A stretch of DNA of 63,971 nucleotides, counting the filler, from Reticulomyxa filosa (taxonomy: Eukaryota > Protista > Foraminifera): the NCBI GenBank assembly GCA_000512085.1. It is 15 parts of 15 records of this genome, joined end to end, with 100 filler letters (N's around TTAATTAATTAA, not from the genome) between each part and the next. Parts side by side here need not be neighbours in the genome. Positions count along the whole stretch, not along the records: positions 1 to 2,322 come from ASPP01013555.1; positions 2,423 to 10,317 come from ASPP01033337.1; positions 10,418 to 14,384 come from ASPP01018965.1; 12 more parts are not named here. The stretch is one strand, 5' to 3'. This document shows, piece after piece, positions 1 to 11,152 of the stretch. The notes under the pieces are model-generated. The model ran no database searches. It saw only the letters and a list, made by a program, of their open reading frames with translations, and was not told where the DNA came from. A program made the position numbers and the translations under genes. How positions within the stretch are numbered: the stretch's first letter is position 1; every line of letters begins with the position of its first letter.

Positions 1-383
1 TCTTTTTTCGTCCTTTGGATGTTTCTTTTCATCATCATCATCATCATCATTGTCTATTTTTACAATTAATTTTTATTTATTCTAGTCTTTGCAAGAATCA
101 AAAAAGTAATTTTTTTTAAAAAAAAAAAAACAAAACTGGGAATGGAATGAGCCAAAAAGATAGCTGACTGAGTTTTAAATGCAATATTTAATTGCCCATT
201 ATCGACAATATCTTGCCCATTGCTGTCAGTAATTTTAAAATGGAGTGAAGCGTTTTTTGTTTCGTCATTGCTATTGGTGTCAACAACCTCTATCGCTTGC
301 TCTTCCAAATTTGTCAGTTTCAAGGAAGCAAGGGCTACTTCATGCATCTCCTCTTTAACACGAACAAGGGATTTGTAAGACAT
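1..383 (-). CDS. 5' part of a PB1-like N-terminal domain + acidic linker protein, paralog of the caspase-like gene at 43985-44665 (runs off the window start)
   Basis: ATG at 383 gives MSYKSLVRVKEEMHEVALASLKL...FKITDSNGQDIVDNGQLNIAFK, which aligns with MSYKAFAYFEGKMHEVLLASLKL...FKIIDNSSQEITNDEQLKTAFK at 44665. A phase-1 GT-AG intron (136..54) sits at the same position in both, followed by NNDDDDDDEKKHPKDEK. Confidence 0.7.
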
Positions 384-1202
384 TTTTTTTAGACCTAAAT
401 TTGTTATTAAAAAAAAAAACAACTGTTTTCACTCAGTTTTTTTCAAAATCCTTTTCCATTCTCGTTTAACACCTTATGCTTGTATATCTAAAAATCTTTC
501 AAAAACAACACGTACTATTTTGTGAACTCTCAAGGAACATTGTTTGAAAAAAAGTCCAGATTTATATAAACTATTTTTTCGTTTTATAGACCAAAGAATT
601 TTCTACTCAAAATCCGGAGTTTTTTTTTTTGGAGTTTTTTTTTGGAGTAATTTTCGGAGAAGATGTCTCTTTTCTTTTTTGAGAGGAACCAGTTTTGCTT
701 CATTTTGTCTGATATTTCTTATTCAATCAATTTTGGCTTCACATAGTAGACGTGTTATTCGAAACAGTAACACTGCGCCTTTTCAACGCGTTTTTTCTTT
801 TGACACTGGCAAACAAAACAAAGGATAGAAAACAATGTTTTCTTTCTCAGGTATGATAAAAAAAGCAAATTCATTACTGCCAGTTACAAAAAAACAAATG
901 CAATATTTCTTTCATGGTAGTCATTTGCAGAAATATTGAAGTCTTTGCAGAAAAGCAATTTTATGACGTGCTTTTTTTGAAAAAAACTACAAACCTTTTG
1001 TTAGCCGATCAGATAACGTAAAAAAAAAGGCTCATTTTAAAAAAAGGTTAAAAAAAGAAAATAACCAACAAAATTAAACGTTACGTTTATATAAATTATT
1101 GGAAATGTTGTACACAAAATGGAAACTTAGCAAATTTGCATATATTAGTGATTGTTTTACTCACAGAAATTGAATAGTCCAATTCGCATTTTTAACTTCA
1201 AC

Positions 1203-2322
1203 CTAAGAAAAAAAAATTGATTTATTTTGTTTCCTTTTATCATTGTAAATCAATGTCTCTTTATCATTTTCAACAAATGGTAAATCATTAGCGATACTAC
1301 ATGCCACTGCAAGTTCAATATCAATTCTTCTTTTGAGTCTTTTAGAAAGAAACATACAAAATAAATTGATATTGTGATTACAACAATTCCTTTTCACAAA
1401 CTCATCTCTTTTCTCTTTGTATTTTTGTTGATTATTATATCGAATTTTCCATTCTTCAAATTCAAATAACATTTTAAATGTTTCATTGATATCTCTATTA
1501 GAACAATAAACAAATGCAACAAAAATAAGATTCAAATCAATAGAATGACCCCACATTGCACTTATTTGCATAGTCTGTTGAATATACTGATTATACAGTA
1601 ATATTATTTGCGTATATTCATCTTCGCTCTCTACTTTTGCATTCCATGCAGATTGTTCTTTATTGAATATCACCAGAAGTACTTACATGAGTTATGAAAA
1701 ATCCTGATTTTATTTCTTTAATATTCTCCAATCTCACATTTTTCAATTCACAATATAATTCCATTTCACTTTCTTCTCTTCTTTCATGGGATTTCAAAAT
1801 ACTTATGGTCTCAATCAAAAGAAGATTCAAATAAGGCCAATTATGATGTCTAAATTGTATTTGATCTATTTTTCAATGTACTTGAACAATTGGATACTGA
1901 GGAAGATGTTTGTAAATGTCATGTAATAATACATTTTCATTATTCCTTTTTGATGATATTGCTGGTCTACAGTTAACATATATCAATTCGTCTGCTCCAA
2001 ATATGAAATTAATTCTCACTTGTAATATGTCTGCTATATGATCAACTCCTTGTCTCAAAGTCATTGAATATGGGCTCAATGGCCCTTTGTGTGCTACATT
2101 ATCTAAAGCTTTCCAAATAACATGGAAAGAGTTGAATGTGTAACAATTCAACAATTCAACAATTGTGTCATTTTAAAAAGATTGAATCGTACAATCGATA
2201 ATCAATAATTGATAAAGATATGTATGTGTGCTAGCAATATCAATATTATTATGCCATTGAATATTAACATTGAATTCTAATGATGATATTTTTGGATTTC
2301 CAACTTGTAATGATTTTATTTT
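1203..2322 (-). pseudogene. Degenerate member of a lineage-specific gene family (unknown function)
   Basis: Protein-like ORF pieces 1873-2154 and 1203-1673, plus upstream KIKSLQVGNPKISSLEFNVNIQW, are separated by stops and frameshifts (e.g. VQVH-TGA) without clear splice sites. Confidence 0.5.
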
Positions 2323-2422
2323 NNNNNNNNNNNNNNNNNNNNNNNNNNNNNNNNNNNNNNNNNNNNTTAATTAATTAANNNNNNNNNNNNNNNNNNNNNN
2401 NNNNNNNNNNNNNNNNNNNNNN
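2323..2422. other. Artificial contig linker (44 N + TTAATTAATTAA + 44 N), first of 14
   Basis: Identical 100-bp linkers with stops in all six frames at 2323, 10318, 14385, 21081, 22453, 25829, 27433, 32845, 35329, 39477, 42498, 43885, 45066 and 53686 (start coordinates). Confidence 0.99.
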
Positions 2423-2713
2423 TTTGTTTGATAGAATATCTAAAAACAAATTGTATTCGTTGTGCAGCTTTCATGGTTAATTCCTTTTTTTATTTGATCT
2501 TGCCATCGTCGTACGTTCAATCAACTTGTAAATCGTCGAAGCTCATCATAATTTTAACAAAAAATGTATAATCATCTTCCAGACATCCAAACACCATTAA
2601 ACCTAAAAAACAAACAAGCACCCGTTAAAAGGGTCCGTTACGTCAAAAATAATAAATTTCATATTATAATCTTGAACTGCACATTAACTTAGCCAAAGTG
2701 GCAAGGCTAGCCT

Positions 2714-5700
2714 ATGACAGATACTTTTTTTACGAAAGATTCAGAAAGGTATCAAAGAACTCTACACGAAGAAACAACAAAAAAACTGAAATATTATTAC
2801 AAATCGCAAGACAAACTCGCCCCTTTATTTGATGATCCCGAACAATCTATTGACACTTGTTACATTCAATTGGCTCTTTTAAATCAAACAATATTTCGAC
2901 AAAGAAAGGAACAATGGACAAGCACATTAGATTATTCATTGACCTATGATACTGGACAAGAAACAGTGGAATTGCAAGACATTTGGAATGAAACAGATGA
3001 ATTGGAAATACATCACATTGGCATTCGTGGAGAAGCAGGAAGTGGGAAGAGTGTGTTAACACAAAGAATCGCATATCTATGGGCAAATCATCAATTATGG
3101 AATGATCGATTTCAATGGTTATTGCACATTCCATTTCGAAAAATTGCTCACATTTTTGATAACAACAAGAAGAACATAAAATATCAATGGTTGAAAATAA
3201 TGAATGAATTGAATATTCCACAATGGATTACAGATGATACAGATATTGTGTATTCAAAGAATGGATTATTGATATTGGATGGATTTGATGAAATTGCAAA
3301 TGAATTGAATCAAAAACCTGGAATGCAAAAATGGTTACAATATTGTATTGATAATAGAAAATATAGTATAATTATCACAAGTCGTCCAAATGCAATGTGT
3401 TCATATTTGAAAAATCCAAGATTATTGAATGTCATTGGATTTCAATCACAAGATATTCAAAAATATATTCATTCATATTTTCAAAATATTTCAAATGACT
3501 GTAGTGATCATTATTATTATGCAGAAATGTTGATAAAAAAATTGAATGATAATCCACAATTGAAATTATTGAGTCATATTCCATTATATTTGAGATTGTT
3601 TTGTTATTTCACAAGACAACAAATCATCAACGAACAAAAAGAAAAAGAAGACCTTCGAAGTAAATCGGATTTGAATGAATTGAACAATATTCCAATATCG
3701 AAATTGTATAAAAAATTTTTGGAGTGTTATATGAAATGGAATTGGATCAAACTTAATGGAACAAAAAACAAATTAAATGGACAAGATATGTTCAATACAT
3801 TTGAAATGGAAATTGATTATTTGTCACATCTTGCATGGGAAGGATTAAAATCTGGACAAATAATCATTTCATGTAAAATACAACAAAAGGTATTGAATAT
3901 CATCAAAAGCAAATATCCACGTGAACATATTTCAGTGATGTCTCAATGGTCTCGAATCAATTCATTTGGATTTTTACAAGGACAGGAATCAATGAATCCA
4001 TTTCATCCAATTGATTCAGTGTATTTTCCTCATTTGACATTTCAAGAATGGTTTTCTGCTTATTATTTAGTGGATTGTTTGTATCAATCAAATGAAACGA
4101 AAGAGCATCAAGAAGTATGTTCTATTTTAATGAATGAACAATTTAATCCAAAATATTCAACGATGATTCCATTTATGGCTGGAATGTTGTATGACAATAT
4201 TGAAAATGGAAAAGATCGATCAGGATCTGGTTTGTTATATTTTTGGAAATTATTACATTCTTCACCGCCTCAACTCACTCCTATCAATCAAATGATGTTA
4301 TTTGTCCATTGTTTGGATACTTGTAAAGCAGACACAGAAAGTCCATTTCTTTCATTAAAACTCAAATGTTATCATGAAACAGTGATTAATTCATTTAAAT
4401 CATGGCTCATTGCTTGGATCAATTTTGGCAAAAATAAATATTATACCAACCGTTACATGAACAGATCATTAAATAAGATGATGAAAACGCATTTACCCAC
4501 ATTGCAGTATGTTCTTGTTCATCGAGATATCCATTCATGGATTATTGACCAACTCACACAATTTAAAAGCATGATATTAGAAATACAAAAGAAAAGTTTT
4601 ATTAACAACATGAGATTTGGAGATGAATTTTCTCTATTACCATACTTATGTATCTCTACAGAAACATTAGATATTGTTTTGCAATGTTTCGAAGCTAGCA
4701 TTCGATATGACCTTTTCAATGTCGATATTGCGCGATTGTATGGAGAAGCATCAATGAAATTGAAAGAAGATCAATTGGATAGCGTTCTTAAATTTTTGAC
4801 TATTGCCTTGTTTGAAAAAAAAAAGTATGATAAGGCTATTTGGTCACTTAAGGCAATAGTACCAAAATTGAATGAAAGACAAGCGAATGACGTTTTTCAG
4901 TTTTTGATGAATAAGAAAGAAATTTGGAACTATTTGCAGACTTGCTTGCATTGATAGCAGTAAAACTGAGTGGGCAATACTTAAACGATGCATTCAAAAT
5001 TTTGATCACACTCCCAAGCTATGAAATTCCGTATTCTGAATTCACAACACTCGTAATAAATTTACTTGAGGGAAAATGGAATATGATGTTTTTCAATATT
5101 TGCACAATACATTAGATAAAACAGATATATGTTTCAGTAAATTGTATGCAAAAATACTTGAAAATGTAGCAATGAATTTGAAAGGAGAACATTTGGACGT
5201 TGCTCTCAGGTGTTTTATGAAAAAATTACATAACAGATTGTATTCTAATGGATATTTTACAAAGGTATTTGGAAAAATTTTATTAAAATTGAATGAAGAA
5301 CTATTACCTTATGTTCTCCAATGTTTAATGGATGGATTAGAATATAAAAACAAATATATACGCCAAGAATGTGCAAAATTGCTAGGAACATTTTCAATGA
5401 AATGGAATCAAGTCCAATTGAATAGTGCTTTCAAATGCTTGATGAATAGATTAAATGAAAATGCCCATTGGACATATATGAACTCCATTGAAAAAATTTT
5501 ATTACGATTAGAGGAAGAATATTTGGATACAGCTTTTCAATGTTTGATTGATGGATTAGACAATTACAAACAAAGTATTCGCAACGTGTGTGTTAATTTG
5601 TTAGCAGTATCATCAATGAAATGGAATGAAACGCAATTGAATAAACTGCTTATGGAATTGATAACGAAAGTATCAAAAGATAGAAATAAACATGTTCGTT

Positions 5701-8434
5701 ATTCATGTGCAAAAGCAATTCAAAAACTCTTATCATATTTGGATAATAAACAAATAAATGAGGCATTTGGATATTTAATCCATGGATTGAAAGATAAAGA
5801 TAAAAATATTCAAAGTTCATGTACAGAATCACTTGGAAAGATTACAGATAAATTGAATAAAATTCAATTAAATATTTCATTTCAATGTTTGATGAAGAGG
5901 TTGAATAATAAGAATGAAGATATGTTAGTTCGAATGTCATGTGCAGAATCCCTTGGAATAATAGCAATGAAATTAAATGAAACACAATTGAATGATGCTT
6001 TGATATGTTTAATGGATAAATTAAGTGATGAAAATGAAAATGGATTTGTTCAAAAATATTGTGCATATTCGATTGGCAAAATCAATGATAATATTTGTAT
6101 TATTGTATCATTGAAACAATCACTTGAAACAGTTCTAACAAAATTCAACGAAAAACGATTCAATGATACTCTCATGCTATTGTTCAATGGACTCAAAGAT
6201 AAAAATGAATATGTCTGTTTGGATTATGTAAATGAACTGGAAATATTTTTATTGAAATTAAATGGGCAACAATGGAGTACTGCTTTTAAAGTTTTGATTG
6301 ATGGACTCAATGATAAACATGAATGTGTTTGCCACTTATGCGCCAAAGTAATTGAAAAAGTAGCATTGAAATTAGATCAAAAACAAATTGATGAAGCATT
6401 TAACAATTTACTTTGTTTTAATCATAAAGATTATTATGTTCGTTATTTACTTATGAGAACATTTAGGGCACTAGCATTGAAATTGGATGAAAGAAAATTA
6501 GATAAAATATTAGAATGTTTGCTGAATGCACTCAATGATAGAGATACTTTTGTTTATTATGAATCATTTGTGACAAAATTGAATGATAAGCAATTGTATT
6601 TATTGACAAAATATCGTCTGCAGGTTTTGAAAGAGGGTAGAGGAGAACGTCAAAATCTGTCAAACATGCCAGATGACATGTGGCAGCGTGTTGTAATGCA
6701 TGTATTGAAAAGGATGTATCAACGACAAAGAAAAAGAAGAGCAAATTGATTGACAAGGAATATTCACAACAAAATCAATTAAACGAAAGCAAAGAAATAA
6801 ATAATAACAATGATATTGGATTGAAACTATTGGCATTTGGTGTAATGATATATAGCCCTCGAATTCAATTTAATTTAAGTTATGATAAAAATATTATTAA
6901 TTCTGATGCTTTCAAGACATTGTTACAATATTGCAATAAACAAGCCATTCAATGGGGATTGCCAATAGAACAAAGATGGAATGTTGATGATGAAATTCCA
7001 CTTCCTTTTTGTACAAAATTTCTCAACACAAATAAACATAAAGATCGTTACAATATTGTTTGTGAATCAACACGATCAGGTGATATGTCTCAATTGAAAT
7101 CTGCATTGAGGCATCATCACATCAACATTAATGATGCATTCAATGAACATGGGCACGCTCCATTGGCTCTGGCATTACATTACAAACATTGGGATATTGC
7201 TCGCTATTGTATTCAACAAGGTGCATGGATTGATGTTAGAGGAGGCGCATTCAATGAAGCCACTCCGCAAACACCTGTTGAATACATTGTCAAGAACATT
7301 ATAGAGAGCGATAAAGTGGATAAAAATGAATATTTGGAAATGGTGAACATGGGTAAATGGATATTGAGACAACGAACAATACATCCAATGAAACAAATTG
7401 AATATACAATCGATTATGTGAAAGATAAATTGATTGATGAATATGGTTTAAGCAAAGTAATTGATGACAAAAGTTATGAGACATTATTACTTGAAGGTGC
7501 AGCATTTTTATTGGGAGAAAATCAAACTGAATTAAAAGATTTATTAATTAATAATAGTTTATTGTATTGGGGAGCCAGTCGAAATATTATATATATAAAA
7601 CCTGAAGATTGTAAAAAACAAAGATTTGACGAAGGATGGCATCCAATTCCATTTCTTGCTTTTCGAATATTTTTGTTATTTGAAATATGTGTTCGACTGA
7701 AGCGAGAAAAGAGAAACTTAGTTGAATTACCAAAGAATACAACATTTGAACAAATATATGAAAAAGGAGTGAGAGAATTGCAAGTGCAATTGACAACATA
7801 TTGGGATTATCTCACAATTGAAACATTTGAAAATAAATGTCCAGAATTAATTGAAGATTGGAGTTGGAGTGTGGTGGATCGTTTGATGACTTTAAAACCG
7901 ATATCATCAAATGGATATTGTGAAATGAGTTTGATGGTTGGTCATTGTGTGTATTTAAGTTTATGTAAAACATCCAAATTGATTTTGGTGAGAATTGATA
8001 ATCGATGGATGAAAACAGTTCCGTCAAATACTCCTCATCCCAAGAATGGAGATATATTGATTCAACCATATTTGGTTGCATATTTTCAATTGAATGGTTC
8101 GAAAATCAATAAAAATAAGTTATGGTTGAAGGAATATATCAAAAATGCAATAATTTTGAAAAACGAGAAAAGTAAGAAGAGTATGAGGCATTTGTATTGT
8201 AGTGATAAGAGATCACACAATGATTTTCCTCTTCGTGAGGGAAGTCTACCATTGATTGTGAAAGAATGGCCTTATCGTCCAATACAGAAAGATACAAATA
8301 ATTGTTATTTGCGGAATCACAATGTTGGATGTCGAATTCGTTTAGGTAATGCGATTTATCGATGGTTTCATGACCAAGAAATAAAGAGTTCTGTATTTTA
8401 TGCGAAAAATTACAGCGCTGCCGTCCAGAAATAA
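2714..8434 (+). CDS. NLR-like protein: NACHT NTPase + HEAT/ARM repeats + ankyrin repeat + C-terminal putative cysteine-protease domain; intronless, split by three -1 frameshifts (~4915, ~5072, ~6708)
   Basis: Walker A GEAGSGKS (3029-3052), Walker B LLILDGFDE (~3266-3292), sensor IIITSRP, HIPLYL, winged-helix YFPHLTFQEWFSAYYL. Many ~40-aa HEAT-like repeats (VRxSCAxxLGxIxxKLNExQLNxAFxCLMxxL) in 4700-6600. Ankyrin NEHGHAPLALALHYKHWDIARYCIQQGAWIDVR (~7142-7240). ORFs 2714-4954, 4924-5115, 5076-6749 and 6680-8434 overlap and continue the same repeat pattern. Confidence 0.85.
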
Positions 8435-10171
8435 GAGGATCAGGCAAGTTTGCAAAAAAAAGGCAAACATAATCGATTTTTCCTATAAAAACAAGCGTTT
8501 AAAATAGCTACGAAATTTTTAAGATAATTTTGCTTTTTTAATGAAGCACCTCGAGATAATTTTGTTTGAAAGTTTTTTAATTGATAAGTATGTGCACCAA
8601 GAAAATAAACACATCTAATATGCTTATACATTTTTTTTGGAATTTTTATGTGTTTTTTTTTGTTCCTGGACGGCAATATTGCAATTGCTCTTATTGAATA
8701 CAAAACCTTTATTTTCTTCATTACGAAACCATTCATAAATTACATCATCTAAACGAATTCGATATCCAACATTGTGGCTTCGCAAATAACAATTATTTGC
8801 ATCTTTCTGTATTGGACGATAAGGCCATTTTTTCACAATCGATGGTAGACTTCCCTCACGAGGAGGAAAATCATTATGTGATGATTTCTTATCACTACAA
8901 TACAAATGCTTCATACTCTCTTCATTTTCGCTATTTTTCAAAATTATCGCATTTTTGATATATTCCTTCAACCATAACTTATTTTTATTGATTTTCGGAC
9001 TATTCAATTGAAAATATGCAACCAAATATGGTTGAATCAATCCATTTTCATTTTTGGGATGAGAAGTATTTGATGGAACTGTTTCCACCCATCGATTATC
9101 AATTCTCACCAAAATTAATTTGGATGTTTTACATAAACTTAAATACACACAATGATCTTTGTGACCAACCACTAAATTCATTTCACAATATCCATTTGAT
9201 GATATCGGTTTCAAAGTCATCAAACGATCCACCACATTGCGGCTCCAATCATCAATTAATTCTGGATATTTATTTTCAAATGTTTCAATTGTGAGACAAT
9301 CCCAATATGTTGTCAATTGCACTTGCAATTCTCTCACTCCTTTTTCATATATTTGTTCAAATGTTGTATTCTTTGGTAATTCAACTAAGTTTCTCTTTTC
9401 TCGCTTCAGTCGAACACATATTTCAAATAACAAAAATATTCGAAAAGCAAGAAATGGAATTGGATGCCATCCTTCATCAAATCTTTGTTTTTTACAATCT
9501 TCAGGTTTTATATATATAATATTTCGACTGGCTCCCAAATACAATAAACTATTATTAATTAATAAATCTTTTAATCCAGTTTGATTTTCTCCCAATAAAA
9601 ATGTTGCACCTTCAATTAATAGCGTTTGATAACTTATTTCATCAATTGCTTTGCTTACACCATCTTCATCAGTCGATTTATCTTTTACATAATCAATTGC
9701 ATATTTAATTTGTTTCATTGGATATATTGTTCGTTGTCTCAATATCCATTTACACATTTTCATCATTTCCAAATACTCTTTTTCATTTACATTACCATTA
9801 TTATTATTTTTCTCTTTTATAATTTTCTTGGCAATCCATTCAACAGGCGCTTGAGAAGTGACTTCATTGAATGCACCTTCTCTAACATCAATCCATGCGC
9901 CTTGTTTAATGCAATAACGAGCCACATTCCAATTCTTACAATGCATTGCCAAAAGCAATGGTGTGCGTCCACGTCTATTAAATGCATCATTAATGTCAAG
10001 GTGATGACGTTTCAACGTGGATTTCAATCGAGACATATCACCTGATCGTGCTGATTCACAAACAATATTGTAACGATTTTATGTTTGTTTGCGTTGAGAG
10101 ATTTTGTACAAAAAGGAAGTGGGATTTTATCATCAACATTCCATCTCTGTTCTATTGGCAATTTCCATTGA
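6949..10171. repeat. ~1.5-kb inverted repeat (6949-~8434 vs ~8661-10171) with ~225-bp spacer
   Basis: Direct alignment of the + strand with the reverse complement; e.g. 7570-7808 matches ~9298-9536 with a single mismatch. Confidence 0.95.
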
Positions 10172-10221
10172 CTGAGTGTTTTGTCAAATTGTGGATTGTT
10201 TAATCTAGATTTTTGTGACAT
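8624..10221 (-). CDS. Stand-alone ankyrin + putative cysteine-protease protein, inverted paralog of the 3' part of the NLR-like gene (one frameshift near 10078)
   Basis: ORF 8624-10036 is collinear with ORF 6680-8434. Homology extends to ~10171 (QWKLPIEQRWNVDDKIPLPFCTK). Upstream of that is unrelated sequence with an ATG at 10221 (MSQKSRLNNPQFDKTLS). Confidence 0.75.
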
Positions 10222-11152
10222 ACGAAACCTTATTCTTGTATGAGACAAATCCCAAAAGGGCGCTGTCAAATTTTTTTGTATGAAATCAAACGAGAATGCG
10301 AACGGTTTTTTAAAATTNNNNNNNNNNNNNNNNNNNNNNNNNNNNNNNNNNNNNNNNNNNNTTAATTAATTAANNNNNNNNNNNNNNNNNNNNNNNNNNN
10401 NNNNNNNNNNNNNNNNNTCAATATAATTTCTAGTTAAATATGTATATAGTCTCAAAACTAGCTTATTTTTTAATATTATATTATCTCGTTTTAATGGATA
10501 TAGTCTTATAAACATGACATCGTCTTCATTCAGGTAAAATGAAAATTTTCTTTATTTTTAAATATATTCGTTTATTTGTTCAAAGTTTGTGTAGAAAAAA
10601 TATTTAACTTTTTCTTTTTTGTTGCAAATTGAAAAAAAAATTACGTCAGTTTACGTACATGCCACCAAGGCTGAACATTTTTTTGTATCAAATTAGCAAT
10701 AGTGTAAGCGCAAGTTTATTGTTTGAGTTTGTTTTCAATGAAATTTGATATTATTAAGTTTAAAAAAATTTTTACTTTGAAACTCACTAAAAAGAATCAA
10801 AAAAAATCTATATCTGACCATCGTTAGATAGATCTCACAGAAACCAACAACTATCAAGATACTTCAGTATATCAACAAGATTGTTAATTTTGACACTCAA
10901 ATTTCGATTTTCTTTGAAATGAAATTCGTTGCTCAACATACCATTGTGCTTTACTCTTTTGTATAGTTGTGCTTCTGAAAATAGCTTACCCGCATCCGTA
11001 ATGCAAGTATCTTGCAATCGAAAATATATCTCAAACTTTTTGTCAACAAAACTTTAAAATTATTATAATAATGCCACTTTTGGTTACATTTACTCTTTCC
11101 GTTCCCTTCAAAAAAACATTTGCGAAGATGGCAACTTTTTTTGCTTAATGGT

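Noticed and set aside
1203-2322. Stop-codon reassignment (TGA as Trp) suggested by VQVH-TGA here and ENM-TGA in the Tc1 relic
   Set aside because: It occurs only in decayed sequences; intact genes use TGG for Trp and end in TGA (CDPK, CaMK, HAD).
2714-8434. Bacterial contaminant or endosymbiont contig, given intronless NACHT/ANK genes
   Set aside because: Composition matches neighbouring AT-rich host-type genes and there is no operon or ribosome-binding-site evidence. Ancient horizontal origin is not excluded.
7175-9584. Short duplicated ORFs antisense to the ANK-protease genes
   Set aside because: They are shadows of the inverted repeat; used only as evidence of nucleotide identity.
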